Of a DNA stretch of 64,000 nucleotides, positions 56,016-63,965 are shown in pieces. Where the stretch lies: NCBI GenBank assembly GCA_945861145.1, contig CAMATL010000001.1, positions 21,003 through 85,002 of the forward strand. Reading direction: 5' to 3'. Each line of letters opens with the position of its first letter. Within the stretch, counting starts at the first letter, position 1. The notes beneath the pieces are model-generated. The model was not told where the DNA came from, did no database searches, and saw only the letters and a list, made by a program, of their open reading frames with translations. The DNA comes from a candidate division TM6 bacterium GW2011_GWF2_37_49. GTDB taxonomy: Bacteria > Babelota > Babeliae > Babelales > RVW-14. The position numbers and the translations under genes are program-made.

Positions 56016-56711
56016 TCAATTTTTCAACCCATGGTACTGCTTGATGGCGTCGACGGCAAGCTGAACATCATCAACTACAATAAAAAATTTTTCATCACCT
56101 GCCTGAATTAAGTTTTGTGCTAAAGCACGAGTAGTAATCCATTCTAAAATTGGCTTCCAATATTCAGATCCAATTAAAATAACCGGATATGCCGGCATTT
56201 TATTAGTCTGCACCAAGGTGAGCACTTCAAAAAATTCATCCATGGTGCCAAAACCACCCGGAAAGAAAACAAACGCTGACGAGTAGCGCACCAATAACCA
56301 TTTACGTGAAAAAAAATGATCCATGATCACACTTGTTTGCACGTAGGGATTTACGCGCTCTTGATTGAGATGCACAAGCCCAACAGCCCCAGAAACCATT
56401 TCCCTACATGCTTTCACACTATCAACCTCACATTCTTTGAGGTATGCTAGCGCACCAAAATTGGCGGCTTCCATGATGCCTGGCCCACCACCAGTAATAA
56501 TCGAAAAACCATACTGAGCTAATTTTTTAGCTAAAAGCGATGCTTGTTGCGCCACTTTATCATCAATCTCAATACGTGAGCCACCAAACACGGTGACTGC
56601 AGGCTGAGGGATGCGCGTAAGCCGCCACATACCCGCCAGCAAGCGCACATTCAATACAAAGACTGATTTTAAAAAACGACCAAAATATTTAAGTCTCCAC
56701 CCTAGATTCAT
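56016..56711 (-). CDS. LOG-family (TIGR00730-type) nucleotide phosphoribohydrolase
   Basis: VTVFGGSR, ITGGGPGIMEAANFGA, PGGFGTMDEFFEVLTLVQT. Confidence 0.8.
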   Translation of the reverse strand: MNLGWRLKYFGRFLKSVFVLNVRLLAGMWRLTRIPQPAVTVFGGSRIEIDDKVAQQASLLAKKLAQYGFSIITGGGPGIMEAANFGALAYLKECEVDSVKACREMVSGAVGLVHLNQERVNPYVQTSVIMDHFFSRKWLLVRYSSAFVFFPGGFGTMDEFFEVLTLVQTNKMPAYPVILIGSEYWKPILEWITTRALAQNLIQAGDEKFFIVVDDVQLAVDAIKQYHGLKN

Positions 56712-56747
56712 AAGCCCCCCTTTTTATTGAGCACAATTTACCACCAC

Positions 56748-56785
56748 CGCTCGAAGCCCTGAGCTTGTCGAAGGGTTTCGAGCGT
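56748..56785. repeat. Solo palindromic unit (CGCTCGAA...TTCGAGCG)
   Basis: ccgctcgaagccctgagcttgtcgaagggtttcgagcg is near-identical in design to 49766..49800. Confidence 0.5.
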
Positions 56786-56820
56786 AGATCCATAGGATTT
56801 ATCAAAAAATTCGAAAAACC

Positions 56821-57729
56821 CTACTCTAGATTTTTTGCAGCTTCTTCCGCAGAAGCACCATCATAGATCATAGCAGCGATCGCCCCACAAAAAGCAACAG
56901 CTTGGTCAACTGGCTTTTGATGGATGTTGCGACCAATTGCAGCGCCAGCGGCGCCACCAGTTATGAGCTGCTCTTGTAGCTCAAATAAAAACTCTTTGGC
57001 ATTACGAGAAGCGCCACCAGAACACACAACACCTGTGTTGCCTGCTGCGATAACAGCTTGATGCAACAATTGCGCTGCTTGGTTTGCGCTGTTTGCGGCC
57101 GGTGGATTAATCTTAACAAAATCAGCACCAAGGCAATGAGCAACGCCAGCCGCTCCAGCGATCACATCAACAGAGCGTTCGTTGGTTACCGCTTTGCCAC
57201 GCGGGTAAATCCACAACACAACCAACATTCCCTCGCGATGCGCATTCATCACGAGCTGCGCCGCTTCTGTCAACATTTCAGCTTCATATTCACTACCAAG
57301 ATAGATGGTGTACCCAACCCCAACAATGGAAATGCCATGCTCATCCCGCATGCGAACGATATCTTCAAATGGCACAAGTTGTCGGCTTATTGGATCTTTT
57401 TGATGTACGCCTACCAAGTCAGTCTTTGCATTCATTTTGGCGAGGTAAGGAACTGATAAATAATTGGCCGCATAACGAGCAATCAGCCCAGGCTGTGTGG
57501 CAAAACAACCAATACGTGCTTGGCTCGCAATTTTAAAAAGATGTTCTGGATAAGCAGCTTCAGTTGCTATGCCAGTACCAAAAAAATCTTTGTGGAGGTG
57601 TTCTATTTTTTGATCGCCTGCAAACAAAAATAGGCGGCCTGTGCCGCCAGTCATGCGATGATAATTTTTAGTGTAGGTGTCACGCTTAGCACGTGGCACT
57701 GAGAGGGGAATACGCAGCGCGGATGTCAT
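56821..57729 (-). CDS. Class I (DhnA/FbaB-type) fructose-bisphosphate aldolase family protein
   Basis: LFLFAGDQKIEH and the Schiff-base region GADFVKINPP, with a TIM-barrel pattern. The ATG at 57729 follows aaagga and avoids overlap with dapF (the longest ORF runs to 57789). Confidence 0.6.
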   Translation of the reverse strand: MTSALRIPLSVPRAKRDTYTKNYHRMTGGTGRLFLFAGDQKIEHLHKDFFGTGIATEAAYPEHLFKIASQARIGCFATQPGLIARYAANYLSVPYLAKMNAKTDLVGVHQKDPISRQLVPFEDIVRMRDEHGISIVGVGYTIYLGSEYEAEMLTEAAQLVMNAHREGMLVVLWIYPRGKAVTNERSVDVIAGAAGVAHCLGADFVKINPPAANSANQAAQLLHQAVIAAGNTGVVCSGGASRNAKEFLFELQEQLITGGAAGAAIGRNIHQKPVDQAVAFCGAIAAMIYDGASAEEAAKNLE

Positions 57730-57742
57730 TACACTATCCTTT

Positions 57743-58594
57743 CTAATGTAATTGCGGGTCTTGTGCAAAACTTCCAGAAAAAACTTCAACAGCAGATGCC
57801 TGTAGGTAAAGACTACCCTCCTGCACCCAGCCAGTTACAAAGCCACCAAGCATAGCTATTTCAATCTTTGCGCCAGCAGTGACAATGCCTCGCTCATACA
57901 AAAGCCAAAGTGTCGCCGCCGCACCAGAGCTGCAGGCATTGGTTATGCCACAACCACGCTCATACACGAGCAAATGAAATAGATTATCGCGATGGCAATC
58001 CTGCCAAACAAATTCAACATTGGTGCGCAGTGGAAACGCTGGATGTGATTCCAGCAAGGGACCAAATTTTTGCAAAAAAGGTAATTCGATCGAGCGAAAA
58101 TTTATGTAATGCGGATTGCCAATCGATACAACATACCCATCAAACCCTTCAGCTTCGACCACAAGCGGCAATTGATCGTGCACCTGAGCTGGCGGCATAG
58201 CCATAGTCACCTGATGCACTGCGCTGCTTTCATGAGTTTTGATAACATCGCAAACAATATTGCGCTCACCCATCTTGATCGTTATCTTCGCAGGCAGCCC
58301 TCTACGAACAACGAGGTACTGTGCAACGCAACGCAATCCATTAAGACATGTTTGCCCTAGTGAGCCATCAGCATTGTAAACCAACACCTCAGGCATACCA
58401 GCCTCAATATTGCCACGAATAATCAGCACGCCATCAGCGCCAACTCCCGTATGCTGGGTACAAATTTCACGCACCCAGCTTTGCCAGGCAGGCCCATGAA
58501 TCATTGACTGTAAAAATGACTCCGGCTTTTTAAGCCAGTCAATAATAATGAAGTCGTTACCCAAAGAATGGTACTTAATAAAATCACGCATCAT
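57743..58594 (-). CDS. dapF: Diaminopimelate epimerase
   Basis: YHSLGNDFIIID, GADGVLII, YNADGSLGQTCLNGLRCVA, SIGNPHYI, ERGCGITNACSSGAAA. Confidence 0.85.
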   Translation of the reverse strand: MMRDFIKYHSLGNDFIIIDWLKKPESFLQSMIHGPAWQSWVREICTQHTGVGADGVLIIRGNIEAGMPEVLVYNADGSLGQTCLNGLRCVAQYLVVRRGLPAKITIKMGERNIVCDVIKTHESSAVHQVTMAMPPAQVHDQLPLVVEAEGFDGYVVSIGNPHYINFRSIELPFLQKFGPLLESHPAFPLRTNVEFVWQDCHRDNLFHLLVYERGCGITNACSSGAAATLWLLYERGIVTAGAKIEIAMLGGFVTGWVQEGSLYLQASAVEVFSGSFAQDPQLH

Positions 58595-58602
58595 AAAAGT
58601 TG

Positions 58603-59589
58603 CTATACGATTCGTTCCTGTGCCGGCTTAAATCCAGACTTAGCCGCAGGAGTTTCAGCTTGCTGGGTCATAAAAACTTTACTGAGGTAAGCACGGCCTG
58701 AATCTGCAAGCATAACTATAACAACATCACTCTCTGAAAGCTGTTGAGCAAATTTCATTGCCACGTGAAGCACAGCACCACCACTGATGCCAACCAAAAG
58801 CCCATTTTCTTTAGCAACTTTGCGGGTGTAGCTGAAGGCGTCTTCATCAGAAATTGGCACGATATGATCAACAACGCTTTGGTCAAACGTGTCGCTGATA
58901 ACGTCAATTCCTAAACCTTCCACAGCATACTCTTTTGGCTCTTTGCTTGAGTAGAGCGAATTAACCGCATCAACACCGATAATTTTGATTGCTGGGTTTT
59001 GCTCTTTGAGGTAGCGACCCACCCCTGAGATAGTACCGCACGTACCAGCGCCAGCTATAAAGTGGGTAACCAGCCCGTGAGATTGTTTCCAGATTTCAGG
59101 GCCTGTGTGATAGTAATGTCCCATCATATTGGACGGACTGTAATATTGATTAGGCATAAAAGCACCTGGTGTGTCATGTAAAAGCTGCTCAGCACGGGCA
59201 TGGTAGCCACGAACGTCATCATGTGTCGCAGTATTGGGGCACACATGCACCTCAGCGCCGTAGGCACGCAATACAGCAATTTTTTCTGGGGCTGTGCGAT
59301 CAGGTACCGTGATAATAACTCTATAACCCTTGATAGCACCGATCATGGCGAGGGCGATACCTTGGTTGCCCGAGGTAGCTTCAACGATCGTACCACCTGG
59401 CTTAAGCTTGCCTAAGCGTTCTGCCTCTTCAACCATGTATAAAGCCGCGCGATCCTTCAAACTACCGCTTGGGTTGAGGTACTCAAGCTTGGCTAGCATC
59501 GTAGGCTTAACAGGAAATTCAAGGCGCACTAGGGGGGTGTTACCAATACTTTCTAAAATCGTTTTGAATTGAGTTTTGGTTGTTTCCAT
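58603..59589 (-). CDS. PLP-dependent cysteine synthase / cystathionine beta-synthase family enzyme
   Basis: EYLNPSGSLKDRAALYMV (PLP lysine), TSGNQGIALA, GAGTCGTISG. Confidence 0.8.
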   Translation of the reverse strand: METTKTQFKTILESIGNTPLVRLEFPVKPTMLAKLEYLNPSGSLKDRAALYMVEEAERLGKLKPGGTIVEATSGNQGIALAMIGAIKGYRVIITVPDRTAPEKIAVLRAYGAEVHVCPNTATHDDVRGYHARAEQLLHDTPGAFMPNQYYSPSNMMGHYYHTGPEIWKQSHGLVTHFIAGAGTCGTISGVGRYLKEQNPAIKIIGVDAVNSLYSSKEPKEYAVEGLGIDVISDTFDQSVVDHIVPISDEDAFSYTRKVAKENGLLVGISGGAVLHVAMKFAQQLSESDVVIVMLADSGRAYLSKVFMTQQAETPAAKSGFKPAQERIV

Positions 59590-59740
59590 GCTTCATCTCG
59601 GTATTTAGGGTTATAAAAGTGCTCGAGTTTAGACTTTTTTTTAATTTCTTGCCACCATTTACCCTCACTAATTTTTGTACTTCTTGTAAAGATCTTGCTA
59701 AGCTTGTGCCCGAAATCGAAATCTAGCTAGAGGAAGAGCG

Positions 59741-61156
59741 ATGAACAGCATTCGTGTACGTTTCGCCCCATCACCAACCGGATTTATGCATCTTGGTAAC
59801 GTTCGAGCCGCTTTGATGAACTTTTTGTTCGCTAAGCAAAAAAAAGGCACCTTTATTCTTCGCATCGAAGACACTGATCATGAACGCAACTTTGACGAAG
59901 CAAAACAGCGCATCGGGCAAGATCTTGCTTGGCTCGGCCTTAGTTACACTGAAGGCCCTGTTGTTGGTGGCGATTTTGGCCCCTACGAACAATCAGCACG
60001 CACCCCTATCTATCAAGAAAAATTAGCTGAACTTATTCGCATCAATCGCGTGTATCGTTGTTTTTGCACGCCGGAGCAGCTTGACGCTAAACGCAAGGAA
60101 CAGATCATAGCCAGCAAGCCTCCACGATACGACCGCACCTGCACGCGCTACCCATCACACGCCATCAAACAAAAGCTCGATATCGCTATGCCATTTATCT
60201 GGCGCTTTAAAATCAATGAACAGGAAGCTTTAAGTATCGATACCCTCAATGGCAACACTATTAACTTCGATATGGATAATTTCACCGATTTCGCGATCAC
60301 GCGCAGCGATGGGTCATGTACATTTATTTTTGTCAATTTCGTCGATGACTGGTTGATGCAGATCTCACATGTTATTCGCGGCGAGGATCATCTCAGCAAC
60401 ACAGCTTCACAAGCCGCGCTTTACGACGCCTTCATGATCCCTCAGCCAACTTTTTGGCACCTACCCATCATTTGCAACAGCAAAGGTGAAAAGCTCTCCA
60501 AGCGCGATTTTGGTTTCTCATTGACTGACTTGCGTGACGGCGGCTTTATTCCCGAAGGTATCAATAACTACCTTGCTGTCATGGGCATCTCAATTCCAGA
60601 AGAAGTACAATCCGTTGAGTCGCTCAGCAAGATGATTGTGTTTGAAAAAATCAACCTTCATGGTGGCATTAACTACGACCTTGAAAAACTTACCTGGTTT
60701 AACCATAAATGGCTGAGCAAGCTTAGCCCTGATGATTTCATCACGCGAGCAATGCCTTATCTTGAAACGCATTTTGGTCACCCGATCACACTGGATAACG
60801 GCACGCGCCAAGCATTTGCACTCATTCAACCAGAAGCCAACACACTTGTAGAAGTGGCAAAGCTCATGGAATTTTATTTGGGCAACCCTTTGCTAGATTT
60901 TGAAAAATTACACCAAGAAGTTCCGGCTGAAAAAGTAGCGCTTGTACGCAGCGTCATTGCAGGTATAACCTGGCAAGAACCAGCGCTTACGGTGCTTGAA
61001 GTTTATAAGGCAGCGGCAAAAGGAGCTGGCTTGGGCACCAAAGAGCTTTTAGTTACCCTACGTTTCTTGCTTACCGGTAACACAAAAGGTTTAGGCGTTC
61101 TTGATCTGTTTAAGCTCTTGAGCAGCGCAACACTACAAAAGCGTTTACAGGCTTAA
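59741..61156 (+). CDS. gltX: Glutamyl-tRNA synthetase
   Basis: RVRFAPSPTGFMHLGNVRAAL (HIGH region), IRGEDHLSNT, KLSKR (KMSKS). Confidence 0.9.
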   Translation: MNSIRVRFAPSPTGFMHLGNVRAALMNFLFAKQKKGTFILRIEDTDHERNFDEAKQRIGQDLAWLGLSYTEGPVVGGDFGPYEQSARTPIYQEKLAELIRINRVYRCFCTPEQLDAKRKEQIIASKPPRYDRTCTRYPSHAIKQKLDIAMPFIWRFKINEQEALSIDTLNGNTINFDMDNFTDFAITRSDGSCTFIFVNFVDDWLMQISHVIRGEDHLSNTASQAALYDAFMIPQPTFWHLPIICNSKGEKLSKRDFGFSLTDLRDGGFIPEGINNYLAVMGISIPEEVQSVESLSKMIVFEKINLHGGINYDLEKLTWFNHKWLSKLSPDDFITRAMPYLETHFGHPITLDNGTRQAFALIQPEANTLVEVAKLMEFYLGNPLLDFEKLHQEVPAEKVALVRSVIAGITWQEPALTVLEVYKAAAKGAGLGTKELLVTLRFLLTGNTKGLGVLDLFKLLSSATLQKRLQA

Positions 61157-61171
61157 AGAAAAATTAGATTA

Positions 61172-61219
61172 AAAAGAAAGCGGGCCGCTGAATTTATGTT
61201 CAGCAGCCCGCTTTCTTTT
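61172..61219. terminator. Bidirectional hairpin terminator (copy A of a duplicated terminator)
   Basis: aaaagaaagcgggccgctgaa / ttcagcagcccgctttctttt form a 21-bp stem with one mismatch (61204). The stem is shared by gltX (+) and paralogue A (-). Confidence 0.75.
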
Positions 61220-61243
61220 TAATCACAACCAAATCAAAGTAGC

Positions 61244-62335
61244 TTACGAGTGATTATCTTTGATACAACCGTCTACCGTTACATAGGCGCCACCAAGCAC
61301 CCGCACATTCACATCACCAGCCGCAGTGCCATCACCAAAAATCAGCGCCTTAGTCATGTCGGCATTAGAAGCTCCATCATAATTTTTATTAAAAATGCGC
61401 ACCTTATTTTCAAATATCACGGTGCCCTTGGTTAAGCTCAAACCGTTAGCGCCGGTATAAAAATCGCAACCATCGAGATGAAGGACTGATGTCTCATCGG
61501 CCATCGTAAATGTAATCGACCCAACATCAGTAGATTTTATTGCTTCAAGAATAGTCCCTTTTCCTATGTAGAGCGTAGAATTTTTTTCGATAATAAAATT
61601 TACAGCACTATTCGAATTTAATTTCAAGCGTCGACCAGGCATATTCAATGCCACTCGTCCGCGAATAGTAAGCGATGTAGCCGACCACCCCAACGTAGTC
61701 CAATCACTTAGCGATGATTTACCACCAGCAATTGTTATATTTTCTAAAACATGATCAACACTTTTAAAAATTCCATTATCATTCGATGAATCATATACAT
61801 TAAACAGCATATTTTTTAACGTTATAGCTGATCCAGCACCTCCCATCCCAATTATTGAGGGACAATTAAAGGTATGCCCTTGCCCATCTATAACAAGATT
61901 ATTTCCAGATGTTGCTGCAATAGATGCATTGGTTGCCATTGTTGTATCATTACCCAAAATAATTTTATTATTATTCCCTCTAATTCGACAATTAGCCCCA
62001 CTCAGTGAGCCAGAACCTCCCAACCGCAAATCAGTCATAAGATTAAGCTGGGAACTATCAGCAGAAAAGGTAATTGGCCCATTTACAACTCCATCACCAT
62101 CCCAGGTTGCTATCACACTGGCAGGAATTATAAATCCCGCTTTAAACATGGCATGGCCACGAATTTTATCGCCATTAGCAAACGTTGGCGCTGTTGCCTG
62201 GTATCCTGTGGTCGAGTTACCCCCTGGCGCCGTAGAAATTACTGATGTGGCAAATACAGAGGACGGCACCAAGAGAAGAGAGGAGAAGAGAAGAGAGGAG
62301 AAGAGAAGAGACAAATTATATTGAACTCTCATCAC
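61244..62335 (-). CDS. Secreted surface-protein paralogue A (beta-helix-like, G/N/S/T-rich), leader in frame
   Basis: The leader is M-M-RVQYNLSLLFSSLLFSSLLLVPSSVFA, then TSVISTAPGG...YQATAPTFANGDKIRGHAMFK. The C-terminal 76 aa differ from paralogue B at only two positions (HLDG/HLNG and FGDG/FGNG). Confidence 0.75.
   Translation of the reverse strand: MMRVQYNLSLLFSSLLFSSLLLVPSSVFATSVISTAPGGNSTTGYQATAPTFANGDKIRGHAMFKAGFIIPASVIATWDGDGVVNGPITFSADSSQLNLMTDLRLGGSGSLSGANCRIRGNNNKIILGNDTTMATNASIAATSGNNLVIDGQGHTFNCPSIIGMGGAGSAITLKNMLFNVYDSSNDNGIFKSVDHVLENITIAGGKSSLSDWTTLGWSATSLTIRGRVALNMPGRRLKLNSNSAVNFIIEKNSTLYIGKGTILEAIKSTDVGSITFTMADETSVLHLDGCDFYTGANGLSLTKGTVIFENKVRIFNKNYDGASNADMTKALIFGDGTAAGDVNVRVLGGAYVTVDGCIKDNHS
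62271..62311 (-). repeat. Coding pentamer tract, 8 units: T(CTCTT)2 CTCCT (CTCTT)2 CTCCT (CTCTT)2
   Basis: Read on the minus strand, the tract encodes SLLFSSLLFSSLLL of the leader peptide. It is 41 nt long and keeps the ATG and the mature protein in frame. Confidence 0.9.
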
Positions 62336-62452
62336 ACGTCCCCTTTTTTAACTAACAACACAAAAAAATCCAACTACCAAGTATGCCCGGCTTTAAAAAC
62401 TCAAAGCAATAATTTCAGGATTAGACCTCTTTCAAAGCTCAAATTTTAAACC

Positions 62453-62613
62453 CCGCCCATGTCCTTCGAGGCGCGATTACATCGATCCTCAGAGCCTGCC
62501 CTCGGCTCAATCGAGGGATGAGCGGATTGGTGAGTCGTCCATTAAAGAAAGGACATTCTTTGCCCCGCTCATCCTGAGGAAGCCTGAAAGGCTGTTTCGA
62601 AGGACATGAGCGG
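62453..62613. mobile_element. 161-bp MITE-like GC-rich element
   Basis: The termini ccgcccatgtccttcga (62453..62469) and tcgaaggacatgagcgg (62597..62613) are 16/17 inverted repeats. There is an internal sub-hairpin ccgctcatcctgagg... Confidence 0.6.
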
Positions 62614-62631
62614 CTTCAAAAGAGGTCTATT

Positions 62632-62679
62632 AAAAGAAAGCGGGCCGCTGAATTTATGTTCAGCGGCCCGCTTTCTTTT
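62632..62679 (-). terminator. Hairpin terminator (copy B, perfect 21-bp stem)
   Basis: aaaagaaagcgggccgctgaa / ttcagcggcccgctttctttt lie downstream of paralogue B. Confidence 0.75.
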
Positions 62680-62703
62680 TAATCACAACCAAATCAAAGT
62701 AGC

Positions 62704-63765
62704 TTACGAGTGATTATCTTTGATACAACCGTCTACCGTTACATAGGCGCCACCAAGCACCCGCACATTCACATCACCAGCCGCAGTGCCATTACCAAAA
62801 ATCAGCGCCTTAGTCATGTCGGCATTAGAAGCTCCATCATAATTTTTATTAAAAATGCGCACCTTATTTTCAAATATCACGGTGCCCTTGGTTAAGCTCA
62901 AACCGTTAGCGCCGGTATAAAAATCGCAACCATTGAGGTGGAGTGTTGACGTTGCATCAACTAAGGTTATACCAGCAAAATCACTCAATACAACGCCAGG
63001 ATCTATGTACAAAGTTGAATTTTTATCTACAACCAAAGTGTGAGCACCACAAAGAACCCTAGAATCTCCCCCCGGATTCAAAAATCGAACAACGCCTTTA
63101 ATCGTAACTCCATTTGTAATCTCATCAAAAAGGTGCCTGGTTCCAGCTGTCCTTAATCCAATAAAGTTAATATCTTGGAATACAAGATTAACAAAGGAAT
63201 TAAGCGGTCGCAGTGGAGTTGATGCAACAACCTTCAATGTTAAATTTTTTAATGTAAGGGAATCTAAGGGTAGGGAATTAGGATCAAGAGAACCCGCAAA
63301 AAAACTTTGTGTAACAATAGTACTACGCACTTGCCCATCAATAGTCAAATCTCCTAACGGCCCTCCAGAAGCACCTACCGCCGCAAATTTTCCCGCAGAA
63401 AGGTCTAAATCTCCTGCAAGAATTAATTTTTTGTTTGGCGCTATCAAATACATTATTTTGTTATAGTCTGGGTCGCTTGATAGTGGTGCAAATACAAATC
63501 GCGCAGTACTACTCAATCGTAAATCAGATGAAAGTACCAATGTTGAGTCCCCATTTGAAAATGTTATCGGTCCTGCCACAATACCATCACCATCCCATGT
63601 CACTACCGCAGAATTGGCAAGCGAAAGTCCATTTTTAAACATGGCATGGCCACGAATTTTATCGCCATTAGCAAACGTTGGCGCTGTTGCCTGGTATGCT
63701 GTGGTCGGGTCACCACCAGGCGCCGTTGAAATTACTGATGTGGCAAATACAGAGGACGGCACCAA
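62704..63765 (-). CDS. Surface-protein paralogue B; body ORF intact but out of frame with its ATG and leader
   Basis: The body reads VPSSVFATSVISTAPGG...YQATAPTFANGDKIRGHAMFK..., with the same C-terminus as A. The homologous ATG (63815..63813) is in another frame. Only an internal TTG (63765) opens the body frame, which then lacks a hydrophobic leader. Confidence 0.6.
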   Translation of the reverse strand: MVPSSVFATSVISTAPGGDPTTAYQATAPTFANGDKIRGHAMFKNGLSLANSAVVTWDGDGIVAGPITFSNGDSTLVLSSDLRLSSTARFVFAPLSSDPDYNKIMYLIAPNKKLILAGDLDLSAGKFAAVGASGGPLGDLTIDGQVRSTIVTQSFFAGSLDPNSLPLDSLTLKNLTLKVVASTPLRPLNSFVNLVFQDINFIGLRTAGTRHLFDEITNGVTIKGVVRFLNPGGDSRVLCGAHTLVVDKNSTLYIDPGVVLSDFAGITLVDATSTLHLNGCDFYTGANGLSLTKGTVIFENKVRIFNKNYDGASNADMTKALIFGNGTAAGDVNVRVLGGAYVTVDGCIKDNHS

Positions 63766-63794
63766 GAGAAGAGAAGAGAGGAGAAGAGAAGAGA
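63764..63794 (-). repeat. Coding pentamer tract, 6 units: T(CTCTT)2 CTCCT (CTCTT)3
   Basis: 31 nt, which is 10 nt shorter than the tract in paralogue A. From the ATG the frame reads MRAQYNLSLLFSSLLFSWCRPLYLPHQ and then stops. Confidence 0.9.
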
Positions 63795-63838
63795 CAAATT
63801 ATATTGAGCTCTCATCACACGTACCCTTTTTTAACTAA

Positions 63839-63965
63839 TACCAATCACACAAATTAACTCGGCAAATTTTTTATCAACCATTTAGTTGAGCCCATTCACG
63901 AGAACACAACGACCTGTTTGCCTAGTTTTTCAATTTTTTTAATCAGCTAATTCATGTAATTGGTA
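63839..63965. mobile_element. 127-bp AT-rich MITE with 7-bp inverted termini and a TAA (or TA) target duplication
   Basis: taccaat...attggta is flanked by taa (63836..63838) and taa (63966..63968). The homologous empty site upstream of paralogue A reads ttttttaactaacaacacaaaaaaatcc (62353..62355 = taa). Confidence 0.75.

Noticed and set aside
61929-62324. Plus-strand ORF ending ...KRREEKRREEKRRDKLY, and its twin at 63614..63838
   Set aside because: Both are antisense to the surface-protein paralogues. The charged repeat is simply the purine strand of the CTCTT tract.
55824-62613. Possibility that the GC-rich repeat clusters are CRISPR arrays
   Set aside because: The units are palindromic, of unequal length and irregularly spaced, without a repeat-spacer periodicity. 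No cas genes are in the window.
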